Part shown: positions 1-9,688 of the stretch, one piece after another
Position numbering within the stretch: the stretch's first letter is position 1
How the letters are laid out: every line of letters starts with the position of its first letter
Origin: Chitinophagales bacterium
GTDB lineage: Bacteria > Bacteroidota > Bacteroidia > Chitinophagales > UBA2359
Reading direction: 5' to 3'
DNA: 44,568 bases
Assembly (NCBI GenBank): GCA_020628375.1
Contig: JAHDFD010000027.1
Span: 1-44,568, forward strand
Made by a program: the position numbers and the translations under genes
The notes under the pieces: model-generated
Seen by the model: only the letters and a program-made list of their open reading frames with translations
The model's database searches: none
Told to the model about the DNA's origin: nothing

Positions 1-240
1 CTGTCGTGTCAGTTCCTGTTGTATCTGTTCCTGTCGTGTCAGTTCCTGTTGTATCTGTTCCTGTCGTGTCAGTTCCTGTTGTATCTGTTCCTGTCGTGTC
101 AGTTCCTGTTGTATCTGTTCCTGTCGTGTCAGTTCCTGTTGTATCTGTTCCTGTCGTGTCAGCTCCAGTTTCATCAGTTCCTGTCTCATCTGTACCCGTT
201 TCATCTGTAGGATCGTCATCTGTACAAGGCAAGATGTTAA
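1..240 (-). repeat. 30-bp tandem repeat (5 perfect copies plus about 3 diverged copies) inside the giant gene, encoding (TDTTG)n on the coding strand
   Basis: Positions 1-150 are five identical copies of ctgtcgtgtcagttcctgttgtatctgttc. Copies at 151-240 are diverged. The minus-strand frame of the giant gene reads TDTTGTDTTG per unit. Confidence 0.9.
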
Positions 241-3200
241 GAGTTACTGTTAACATATAATCACAAGTTCCTGTTCCTGGTATAACCTCAGAACCAGAAG
301 CACTGTATGAAGTTCCAGTGGTTGGAGAAACATAAGGTAAATCAGAATCACAAATATCTGCTTCTTCAGTTATGTCCATTGGTGTCACACAATCCGCACC
401 AATTCCAGAGATACTTAATGGTTCACCAGCAGCATTAGTAAAGTCTGCATTAAAGCCTACACCAGGCTCATAGAAGAATACAAATTCATAAACACCAGAA
501 CCTGCAGGATTTTCTGAAGCAATTGGTGCCCCTGAAATCGGGTTTCCTGAAGCATTGAACAATCCGTTAGAAGTTCCTAAATCCAATGACCATATTTCAC
601 CTGTATCACTTGTAATCGTTACTGTTTCTTCAACTAAGTCAGTACCATCTGCTGTAGTGAAGTTATTAGGATTATCACAAGTACATGGGTCTGAAATACT
701 AATTGCAGGTTCTGTGCAATCGCAAGCCTCTACAGTTATTGTTTGCACCTGATCAGCCGCTGCATTTCCACATGCATCAACGGCACTCCATGTTCTTTCA
801 ATGGTAATTCCTGTACAAGCATCTCCAGTTTCTACATCTACTGAAGTTGCTGTTACTCCTGTGTCACAATTATCTGTTGCTGTTACAGTAGGAGGCGTTG
901 AAGTGTCTCCACAAGCAATTGTTTCATCATCCGGAGCAGTAAACATTGGAGCTTCAGTATCTGGTTCTACTGTAATTACCTGAACATGTGTAACAGGATT
1001 GTTACATGCATCTGTTAAGGTATAAGTTCTTGTAATTGTATTAGCATCCGGGCAAGTTAAGCCTGCATTAACATCATCAACGGTTAATACTGGTGCTGTA
1101 TCACAATCATCTGTACCTGTCAGGTTCTCAGCAGAAGGTATAGCATCTGCACAAGAAATTGTAACATCACCAGGTAATGCTCCATCGAATACCGGTGGAG
1201 TAGTATCTGCATAAGTTTCATTTATACTGAATATCTGCTCACATGTTGTTCCGGCAAAGAATGTATTAACGTAAGTTAAATCATAAGCACAAGTTGGTGG
1301 TGTTGTTATAGTACCCGCTGCACTATCACACTCAGTACCATCAACTGCTGTAATACTAACTGAACCAGCTTCACCACATGCAGGACTTACAGTATTAGCC
1401 ATAAATGCTGCAGGGTAAACCGTTACAGTTGCCGTCGTTGTTACTTTAACTACTCCATCAGTTGGACATGTAATAGTAATATCGAAAGTTGAATCAGCAG
1501 GATCACATGATTCGTTTGCATCGATATTTACCGTATAACATTCTTCAGCATTCGCTCCAGCTGTCGCAGCGGTGAAACTAGTAGTTGTTCCATTAGCTGT
1601 AATATCTACAGTTACACCATTCGCTTCATCACCATCATCATAAGTGATACATATATCAGCTGTACCTGCATCACTACAAGCTTCAGCAGGGGCAGCAACT
1701 GCATTACCCAACACACAACATTCCGCTGGAGTAATCGTAACATCTTCCCCAATGAAAGGACATGTTCCATCACCATTCTGTACGGCTGTAGTGTAAGTTC
1801 CAGGTGCTAAACCAGTGAAAGTACCAGAAGTTACCCAGGTAGTTCCTCCATCAATAGAGTATTCATAAGCTGTTCCGTTTCCTCCTGCAGCAACAATAGT
1901 AATTGTTCCATCTTCAGCCTGACAGCTTGTTTCATCTGTAAAGGCTACTGGTACCGTTACTTCTGGAGTTGACGGTGCCTGAATTGTAGCAGTATCATCA
2001 ATTTGACAAGTTCCATCATCGTTTCTTACACTAATAGTGTAAACACCATCAGGCAATCCAGTGAATGTACCTGCTGGCTGCCAAGTAGCGCCACCATCTA
2101 TAGAATATTCTAAACCACCTCCTACAGAAGACAAACCTCCTGAAGCAGTAATCGCGATTTCACCAGTACCAGCATCACAAGTTATTGGTTGAACTACATC
2201 GATTGCATCGATTACTAATGGATCACAGATAGTAACTTCTATCATTTCTTCACAACCACCAGCAATATTAGGATTTCCATCATTAACAGCAACCATATAA
2301 GTGCCAGCAGGAGCATCAGCATTAGAGAAAACTCCGGTTGTGTTTGAAGCACCATTATCAAGTGTGAATGTGTAAGTACCTGTTCCGTCAGAAGGACAAG
2401 CATCTGTTGCTCCACCCGTAGCTGTTACAGTAACACTACCATCACATGCTTTAGTTACCTCAGGAACAATTGATTCGTAAACGGTAATCATAATTTCTTC
2501 CACGCATGGTTCAGGGATAATTTCTATGCTAATACCATTCAAAGTACCATCATCAAAACCAAAATTAGTAACACAAAACTCCCAATTTCCAGTCGGGTCT
2601 TCACCATCAAAGTCAGTAAATGCACCGCTATTCGGACTGAAAGTACCTGCAGGATCATTCGGGAACTGAGCAATCGTAGGTTGTCCATCCTGGAAGCAAG
2701 GAGTTAAAGAAGATCCTACTCCTTCAAAGTTATATAATTGTATAGTTGTACCAGAAGGGGAGGTTAATGTAATTCCATAGTTTCCAATATTAGAAGCACT
2801 TAAATCAACACATGCTCCATCGAGTGTAGCACCATTAGGACCTCCAAGAACAGAACCAAATCCGGCTACAGGAACAGTGTAACAAGTTTCTGTAAAAAAT
2901 CCAGGTACATTTCCTCCTGTACCACCAACAGAAATTGGTGTAGGACTTAAAGGCGTATTATCGTTAACTTGTATTATGTAATCACCACATGCAAGCCCTG
3001 TAAATGAAGCAGAAGCAGGATCAGAAATCAAGCCAGCTGCATTTGGATCAGGTGAAATTGAGAATGAGAAATCCTCTCCGTTAGCACCTGCATACCCACC
3101 AGAAGCATTTACTATTATATCTCCATAATTACAACTTTCATCAACAGTAACCATTGTTTCATCAGGTATAATAACTACGAATGTATCTACCGATTGACAA

Positions 3201-6200
3201 CCCCACTCACCTGTTACAGTTAAGAAGTATTCATACGTACCTGGTGCTGCTGGCGTCTGAATTTCTGGTGGAATTGGTGTAGTCGTATTTTCAGTAGCTC
3301 CAGTTGTAATCACACCAGAATTATATGCTCCTGTCCATTCGTAATCAACAACTGTATTAATTATCTCAAAACATTCAAACGGTTCAGAGAAAATAGGTGT
3401 TGGAGATTGGTCATCATTAATATCCACATTTTGTCCATCTAAAGAGAACACACTTTGAGAACCATCAGGATTGGTTATTGTTACAGAGATGCCAAAGAAT
3501 ACACCAAAATCACCACCAACAATATCAGTAATAATTACTCCCCAAGGAGCAGCATTAGCATCTGTACCAATAATCGGGTTGAATACTCCACCACCATTCA
3601 GTGGCTGCCAAGAACTTCCAGCAGGAGGCGCTACTCCATTATTCCAATCCAAATTCGTATCTGCAGGATTATTAGTAAAACAGAAATTGAACTGATCGTT
3701 TGGTGTATCTGAGCCAATTGGACAACAGACACCATCGATCAGGTTAATGACTGTACCATCCGGTGCTACAACTTCAAATGATAAATCGGAAATATAAGTA
3801 TGTTCAAATTCTACACAAACTTCAATCTCGAATCCAGGTTCAACAAAGAATTGTGGTAATTCACCTCCACAGAATTCACGACAGAAATTCGGTCCTGGTA
3901 AGGTAGTTGCCTGTAAAGTAATATCTCGACCTAAGCATTGATATACTGTATCAGGTCCTCCGTTATTCATATTAATAGTAGGAGGCGTTGAAATAAATAC
4001 TTTCGCTGTGTCTGCAAAGCAACATCCTTGTGCATCAACTACAGTAATTTGATACGTACCCGTTTCAAGATCTGTGATCTGTGCATTAGTACCAATAGCC
4101 GAACCAGCGAATGCAGGATCTGTACAATCTTCAGGGAATAAACAATTATCATCTAATTCGTGCCAGAAATATTGATAAGGCGGTGTTGCTGTTGCGTCAT
4201 CTGGAGTTGCTTCTAAACAACCTAATTCTCCATCACAATATACATATACAATTGGTAAGTCCTGAATTGTAAAATCAGGATAATTACCTGTGGTATCAAT
4301 AGTATCTATGTATGCACCACAACCTAATATCTCAACAACTTCATCACCACAACAAGAAACGATATTAACCGGTCCAGAAATAGTTGAACATCCGTTTTCG
4401 TCAACGATTTCAATATACACATCACCACCTAAATCCATAAACTCAGGTGAAGCAGCAGCGGCATCTGTTAAAGTTGTTGTTGCTGTTATTGAAGCTAATG
4501 TTGCACCTCCATCTGTTGAAGGACCTACATTGATCGTATATGCACCCGGAGTTGTAGCAAATGCAACATTTGGATCGGCACCACCCTGAGCAACAGTAAT
4601 ATCTAATTCACCACAATTAGCTGTAGGAACGCCTGCTACTTCTAAAGGAGCACAAATATCTATATCAATTGTTTCTAAACAAGTTGCAACCGGATCTACA
4701 TTCTGATTATTATCATTTACCTCAACGGTATATGTACCCGCTGCAGCATCAGCAGATGTAAACACACCTGTTGTATTAGAAACCGCTAATCCAGCAGGAT
4801 CAAGTGTGAAAGTGAAGCCTTGTGCTCCGTTAGCAGGTGTAAAACAAGCACCTGCATAACCACCAGTAGCAGTTACAGTTGTTTCTGTACAAGTTTTTAC
4901 CTGATCCAATACAACCGGATCAAATACTTCTATATTATCTAAAGTATATTCACAGTTTCCAGGTGCAATATCTGTAACTGTTAAAGTGTAAGAACCACAA
5001 GGTACATTATCGAAGGTAGTAGGTCCTGTACTAGCCTGATCTACACCATTCAAATTAAAAGTGTATTCGTCGCCAGCAGCTTCGGCAGCTCCACCAGTAG
5101 CATCTACTGTTATTTCTCCATAATCACAAGTGTAAGATACCGTAGGTATAATCTCACTCGGAACTGTTACAATAACTTCTTCAGTAGAAATACATCCGAA
5201 ACAATCAGAAACTGTAAGTGTATAAGTTGTTGTTCCTACCGGAGGGGTAACTGTCTCAGCAGGGAAAGTTGCTAACATAGTGTTTTGATCTGCATCAGGA
5301 ATAGTAATCAATCCTGAATCAAAACCATCTGAACCTATCCACTGGTACGATAAAGTACAATTAGGTAAATTATCACATTCAACCGGAGGTGTTGGTTCAC
5401 CAGCATCATTATCGGCACTTTCATCGATAAATAATGGCGGATCGAATGTAATAGCTTCACTTAAAGTACACCCGTTAGGATCACTAATATCAATAGTATA
5501 ACCAAAGTAAGTACCGCCTTCTCCCGGAACATCATCAATCAATGAAACCTGAAAAGTACCTGTATTTATATCCAGACCAGCTAATCCATCAAAAACATCA
5601 TTTCCTCCAACATTTCCTTCAGGCAACCAATTTCCTGATAAACCCGGATCACATTCAAATCCACCGGGAGCACATAATCCTAATAAGTCAGCAACTCCTG
5701 GACCGTTAAAGTTGGCATTAGCAGTTGTATTCCAATCTAACTCTATTAATGCTCCTCCGGCACCATTATCTGCTGTTGGATCGTTCGTAAAGCAGAATTG
5801 CTCTGCATTATCATCCGAGTTAGGATATCCATCTCCTGCGTTTCTTGGTGTTAATAAGGTCAAAGTTATAGGTGCAGAACCATCATTCGGGAAGAATACT
5901 AGATCGAATCCGAAATCTGAGATCCAAGTTGCATCAAATGAAGGACAGATAGTAAATATAGCATCGTTAGTCAACACACAAGGAGGCAATTCTCCTTCAC
6001 AATATTCAAGACAAATTCCGTCTCCATCAGGTTGAGAAGTTCCTTCCAGATCAACTGTATCTCCTAAACAAACAGTAATATCATCATTTGCTGTAATTAC
6101 TGGTGGTGTATCTATAAATACTTTAAACTCATAAGTATTCTGACATCCAATAGCATCAGTTACAACAACCGTATAAGTTCCTGTTTGGAAACCTGTTGCT

Positions 6201-9200
6201 TGCTCTCCTATAAAAAACTCATCTCCTCCAGCCGTCGGGTCGTTAAAATCACCATAACCACATTCATCGCTTAATTCAAACCATTCATAAGTATATGGAG
6301 CTGTACCACCAGAACCTATTCCGTCCATACAAGCATCTCCACAGAATACATACAGATCTAAAGGAATAGTAGATAAACCATCAATTGAAACAAATTCTAA
6401 TTGAGGATTCGGAGGTGTAGCAGTTGCATCAGGGAAAACGTAGCCTGCATTCGCACAAGCCGCAGCAGTTACTTCAGGAATACCACCAACAGTGAAACAA
6501 ACCGAAGTTACATCTATACATTCGCTAGGATGTAATGGTTCAGGTGTGGTCATATCAGAACCAACTGCAATCGTTGTAGGACCAGTTGAAATTTGATAAT
6601 TTACTCCATAAATACAATAATCTCCTTCAGCAGCCGGTGTAAATACGCTTGTTGCTTGTAATCCCTGAACTACAATACCTGCAGCATCTGTAAGTACAAA
6701 TTCATAAGCATAATCTGCGCCTGTTTCTTGTCCTGTTGGTGTTAAGTCAGGAGAACTATCACCAATACAGAAATCTGTAACCGGATCAATAGTGCCTGCT
6801 TCAGCAGTACAACAAGAATAAATGAAAGTTTGTGTACAGGTAGCAGGGTTTCCACATTCATCGGTAATTGTATAAGTACGCGTTACTGTTGCCTCATTGC
6901 CTGCATTAGGACAAGCAGGGTCAGTTACATCAGCAAATGCAACTGTAAATGTTGTACTACAATTATCATTAATTGTACCTCCTAAAGCAATAAATCCAGC
7001 TTGATCTGTTGCACCAGGATTGTTTGCTAAGAAGTCAGCGTCATTATTATATAATGTTGTGTTATTAGCAGGGCAAGTGATTACTGGAGGATCTGTATCA
7101 GCATCAAATGTAAATGTCTGATCACATGTTGCAGGGTTACCACAAACATCAGTAATAGTATATGTTCTTGTAATTGTTCCTCCTGCACAAAAATCAATGT
7201 CAGTTATTGTCATATCATCAACAAAAGCAACTGTTAAATCTGCTTCATCTGTACAATTATCCGAGGCAGTTCCACCCAAACCAAGGAAAGCTGTTATATC
7301 TGTAACACCGGCAGGTAATGCATCGGTACAAGTTAAAGCTGTAATATTCGCAGGGCAAGTAATAACTGGCATATCAGTATCTGCATCGAATGTAAATGTT
7401 TGATCACAAGTAGCAGGGTTACCACATTCATCAGTAATCGTATAAGTTCTTGTTACAACAAAAGGACCATCAGCTGCACATAAACTAAAGGTTGTTGGAT
7501 CAACATCATCAACAAAACTAATTTGAGTAACATCAGGATTACAATTATCCGTAACAGTTCCACCTAATCCAGTAAAGCCAGCAATATCCGTTGCACCAGG
7601 ATAAGTTGTTGCAAAATCTGTTGTACAATCTAAACCTGAAACATTTGCAGGACATACAACTTGCGGCATTTCTGTATCTTCAATATAAATATCAACAGGG
7701 CAAGCGGTAGATACAGCACCAGCAGCGAATGTAAATTCAACTGTAATAGCATTTGCCTGACCACAAGCAGTTGGTAAAGTGTTTGCAGTATAATCGTTAC
7801 TTAAAGTAGTTGCAACACAATTAGTTGCAGCATCAACTCCAGCTTGTAATGCAGTAGTTGTAGCAGCAATAAAACCATCGACAGCAGTTTGATAATCCGT
7901 AGCACATAATACTAAGTCGTCTGGAGCAGCACAAACTGAAACGGTTACAGGTGTACCCGTAGTTTCACAAGTAGTACATCCATCGAAATCCCAAGTAGGC
8001 GTAAAAGTTACTTGCGTGCACGTTCCAGGTGCAGCAGGAGCCGTAACAGTAAAATCATCATCAGCACCTCCATCATCACGCGTCCAAACTAAAGCACCTG
8101 CACCAGTATAAGGATTAGCAGATGGTGCCCCTGTTGCAGGAACGCATTCTACCACATCAGCTGCAAATGTAAAAGTGTAATCTCCACAAGCAGCAGCAAC
8201 ATCTACACATTCGTTAACAATACGTGGAGTTACGACTTGTACGGTTTCAGTAGTTGTAGTTTGACACGTAGGGCAATTAGCATTTGTAATAGCATAGGTA
8301 ATATCATATTCACCACAAGCAACACATGCATCAATTTCAATCGAACCAGAAGCATCTGTACAATCTGTACCAGTTACTAAGTTATCACAAAGTGTTAAAC
8401 CTCCTGTTGTAGTCCAATCAAAAGAGAAGCCTGAATTAATAGCAGGTTGTGTAATAATCGTAGTAGCTGCACCTGCATTAAGACCTCCATTTTGCCATTG
8501 GTCAGCTCCACCAATAATTAAATCATTACCACAAAGGTCTGAGCAATTGATTACTGTAGCCGGAACATTGAAGTCAGAAGTTGGATATAGCACTTCAACA
8601 TCATAAGTTACATTTACAGACACATCTCCTCCTGCACAAGCTGCATTTTCAAACGTTATATCAATTGTTCCATCTTGACAAACAGTTCCTTCAGCTGTAA
8701 GACCATTAATTGTTTCAAATCTTCCTTCGCCTCCATCATCATATACAGATAGATTGTCAATTAAAACTGCTGAACTTAAGTCTTCTGACAATACATCAGA
8801 GGCATCTGAAACAACAAACGTATTACTACCAAAATTTGCTCCACAGCTATTTGCTGCTGTATAAGTTGCTTCTATAGTAGCACCACAAATTGCTTGAGCC
8901 ATTCCTAAGTTTTGTGTTACAGTGTTTCCAAGTGCCTCATCACCATCAAAAGCTACCGTAGATAGACCATTACACTCATCAGTTATTTCGACATCAACTT
9001 CAAAATCCCATGGAGCAATACCTGGCACGTCAATAGTTACCACAGCTGCGGCCCAGTTGTTATCATATGGTCCTTCCTCTAAAGTACCTGAGTTAGTATT
9101 ATTACCGCAATTATTAGTAGTACCATCTAAATCATCAGCATGGTTATCCGGAGCGCTATTCCATGGGAATGTTCCAAAATCACCAGAAGCATAAGTAATC

Positions 9201-9688
9201 AGATCCCCTACTGCGAATGCATTTTGATCACGATCCTCAGCACAACCACAATTATCTACCCCACTATCCATTCTTCTGGTAATTAATACTACAGTGTAAG
9301 TTTTCCCCTCACAAAGAGGAATGTTAGCATCTATAAATATTGGAAAAGTATCATAACTATCTCCATCAATAGTTACAGTTCCTGTTGCGGTTCCTGACAA
9401 ATCAGCACAATTACCACCAGGATTAACTTTTATTGCAAAGGCATCGTTAGTTGGACAATTCCCTTCTACAACATAAATTTCATAATAGAAATTATCGGTT
9501 GTATTATTATTATCTACACCCAAAAATTCAATATCATAAATACCACCGCCCTGTGGTGTAAGCTGTAGGTCTACAGCTCCCCAAACGTGGTCAGCTTTCA
9601 AATTAGTTGTTGAAAGAATCAAAAAGAATAAGAGGAAAATTCCTCTTATACAATTAATCCTACAACAAGAAGTAAATGTTTTTTTCAT
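1..9688 (-). CDS. Giant secreted cell-surface protein, partial (over 3200 aa in window; stop codon lies beyond window start). N-terminal signal peptide, tandem ~95-aa Cys-containing HYR-like repeats, and a (TDTTG)n linker near the C-terminus.
   Basis: ATG at 9688-9686 (revcomp of cat). Translation begins MKKTFTSCCRINCIRGIFLLFFLILSTTNLKA, a signal peptide. The frame (codon first bases at positions congruent to 1 mod 3 on the minus strand) was spot-checked open at 5038-4979 (QASTGPTTFDNVPCGSYTLT) and at 31-2 (TDTTGTDTTG). Repeats contain CPANxxxLxCT...TDIAxFTGLGGTVTDNC...VVTRTYTITDECGN...C.QTFTF, which resembles HYR-domain TATDxxGN motifs. The gene is absent from the ORF track, presumably because no stop lies within the window. 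All plus-strand ORFs in 6-9194 are short antisense artefacts. Confidence 0.8.
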   Translation of the reverse strand, partial: MKKTFTSCCRINCIRGIFLLFFLILSTTNLKADHVWGAVDLQLTPQGGGIYDIEFLGVDNNNTTDNFYYEIYVVEGNCPTNDAFAIKVNPGGNCADLSGTATGTVTIDGDSYDTFPIFIDANIPLCEGKTYTVVLITRRMDSGVDNCGCAEDRDQNAFAVGDLITYASGDFGTFPWNSAPDNHADDLDGTTNNCGNNTNSGTLEEGPYDNNWAAAVVTIDVPGIAPWDFEVDVEITDECNGLSTVAFDGDEALGNTVTQNLGMAQAICGATIEATYTAANSCGANFGSNTFVVSDASDVLSEDLSSAVLIDNLSVYDDGGEGRFETINGLTAEGTVCQDGTIDITFENAACAGGDVSVNVTYDVEVLYPTSDFNVPATVINCSDLCGNDLIIGGADQWQNGGLNAGAATTIITQPAINSGFSFDWTTTGGLTLCDNLVTGTDCTDASGSIEIDACVACGEYDITYAITNANCPTCQTTTTETVQVVTPRIVNECVDVAAACGDYTFTFAADVVECVPATGAPSANPYTGAGALVWTRDDGGADDDFTVTAPAAPGTCTQVTFTPTWDFDGCTTCETTGTPVTVSVCAAPDDLVLCATDYQTAVDGFIAATTTALQAGVDAATNCVATTLSNDYTANTLPTACGQANAITVEFTFAAGAVSTACPVDIYIEDTEMPQVVCPANVSGLDCTTDFATTYPGATDIAGFTGLGGTVTDNCNPDVTQISFVDDVDPTTFSLCAADGPFVVTRTYTITDECGNPATCDQTFTFDADTDMPVITCPANITALTCTDALPAGVTDITAFLGLGGTASDNCTDEADLTVAFVDDMTITDIDFCAGGTITRTYTITDVCGNPATCDQTFTFDADTDPPVITCPANNTTLYNNDADFLANNPGATDQAGFIALGGTINDNCSTTFTVAFADVTDPACPNAGNEATVTRTYTITDECGNPATCTQTFIYSCCTAEAGTIDPVTDFCIGDSSPDLTPTGQETGADYAYEFVLTDAAGIVVQGLQATSVFTPAAEGDYCIYGVNYQISTGPTTIAVGSDMTTPEPLHPSECIDVTSVCFTVGGIPEVTAAACANAGYVFPDATATPPNPQLEFVSIDGLSTIPLDLYVFCGDACMDGIGSGGTAPYTYEWFELSDECGYGDFNDPTAGGDEFFIGEQATGFQTGTYTVVVTDAIGCQNTYEFKVFIDTPPVITANDDITVCLGDTVDLEGTSQPDGDGICLEYCEGELPPCVLTNDAIFTICPSFDATWISDFGFDLVFFPNDGSAPITLTLLTPRNAGDGYPNSDDNAEQFCFTNDPTADNGAGGALIELDWNTTANANFNGPGVADLLGLCAPGGFECDPGLSGNWLPEGNVGGNDVFDGLAGLDINTGTFQVSLIDDVPGEGGTYFGYTIDISDPNGCTLSEAITFDPPLFIDESADNDAGEPTPPVECDNLPNCTLSYQWIGSDGFDSGLITIPDADQNTMLATFPAETVTPPVGTTTYTLTVSDCFGCISTEEVIVTVPSEIIPTVSYTCDYGEITVDATGGAAEAAGDEYTFNLNGVDQASTGPTTFDNVPCGSYTLTVTDIAPGNCEYTLDNIEVFDPVVLDQVKTCTETTVTATGGYAGACFTPANGAQGFTFTLDPAGLAVSNTTGVFTSADAAAGTYTVEVNDNNQNVDPVATCLETIDIDICAPLEVAGVPTANCGELDITVAQGGADPNVAFATTPGAYTINVGPSTDGGATLASITATTTLTDAAAASPEFMDLGGDVYIEIVDENGCSTISGPVNIVSCCGDEVVEILGCGAYIDTIDTTGNYPDFTIQDLPIVYVYCDGELGCLEATPDDATATPPYQYFWHELDDNCLFPEDCTDPAFAGSAIGTNAQITDLETGTYQITVVDAQGCCFADTAKVFISTPPTINMNNGGPDTVYQCLGRDITLQATTLPGPNFCREFCGGELPQFFVEPGFEIEVCVEFEHTYISDLSFEVVAPDGTVINLIDGVCCPIGSDTPNDQFNFCFTNNPADTNLDWNNGVAPPAGSSWQPLNGGGVFNPIIGTDANAAPWGVIITDIVGGDFGVFFGISVTITNPDGSQSVFSLDGQNVDINDDQSPTPIFSEPFECFEIINTVVDYEWTGAYNSGVITTGATENTTTPIPPEIQTPAAPGTYEYFLTVTGEWGCQSVDTFVVIIPDETMVTVDESCNYGDIIVNASGGYAGANGEDFSFSISPDPNAAGLISDPASASFTGLACGDYIIQVNDNTPLSPTPISVGGTGGNVPGFFTETCYTVPVAGFGSVLGGPNGATLDGACVDLSASNIGNYGITLTSPSGTTIQLYNFEGVGSSLTPCFQDGQPTIAQFPNDPAGTFSPNSGAFTDFDGEDPTGNWEFCVTNFGFDDGTLNGISIEIIPEPCVEEIMITVYESIVPEVTKACDGSVTVTATGGATDACPSDGTGTYTFTLDNGASNTTGVFSNADAPAGTYMVAVNDGNPNIAGGCEEMIEVTICDPLVIDAIDVVQPITCDAGTGEIAITASGGLSSVGGGLEYSIDGGATWQPAGTFTGLPDGVYTISVRNDDGTCQIDDTATIQAPSTPEVTVPVAFTDETSCQAEDGTITIVAAGGNGTAYEYSIDGGTTWVTSGTFTGLAPGTYTTAVQNGDGTCPFIGEDVTITPAECCVLGNAVAAPAEACSDAGTADICITYDDGDEANGVTVDITANGTTTSFTAATAGANAEECYTVNIDANESCDPADSTFDITITCPTDGVVKVTTTATVTVYPAAFMANTVSPACGEAGSVSITAVDGTECDSAAGTITTPPTCAYDLTYVNTFFAGTTCEQIFSINETYADTTPPVFDGALPGDVTISCADAIPSAENLTGTDDCDTAPVLTVDDVNAGLTCPDANTITRTYTLTDACNNPVTHVQVITVEPDTEAPMFTAPDDETIACGDTSTPPTVTATDNCDTGVTATSVDVETGDACTGITIERTWSAVDACGNAAADQVQTITVEACDCTEPAISISDPCTCDNPNNFTTADGTDLVEETVTITSDTGEIWSLDLGTSNGLFNASGNPISGAPIASENPAGSGVYEFVFFYEPGVGFNADFTNAAGEPLSISGIGADCVTPMDITEEADICDSDLPYVSPTTGTSYSASGSEVIPGTGTCDYMLTVTLNILPCTDDDPTDETGTDETGTDETGADTTGTDTTGTDTTGTDTTGTDTTGTDTTGTDTTGTDTTGTDTTGTDTTGTDTT

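Noticed and set aside
6-9194. Numerous 60-107-aa plus-strand ORFs in the ORF track (for example 6-260 VPVVS repeats, 555-752, 4290-4589, 5712-6035, 8922-9194)
   Set aside because: They lie antisense to a continuously open minus-strand frame of over 3200 codons that has a signal peptide and coherent domain repeats, so they are artefacts of the giant gene.
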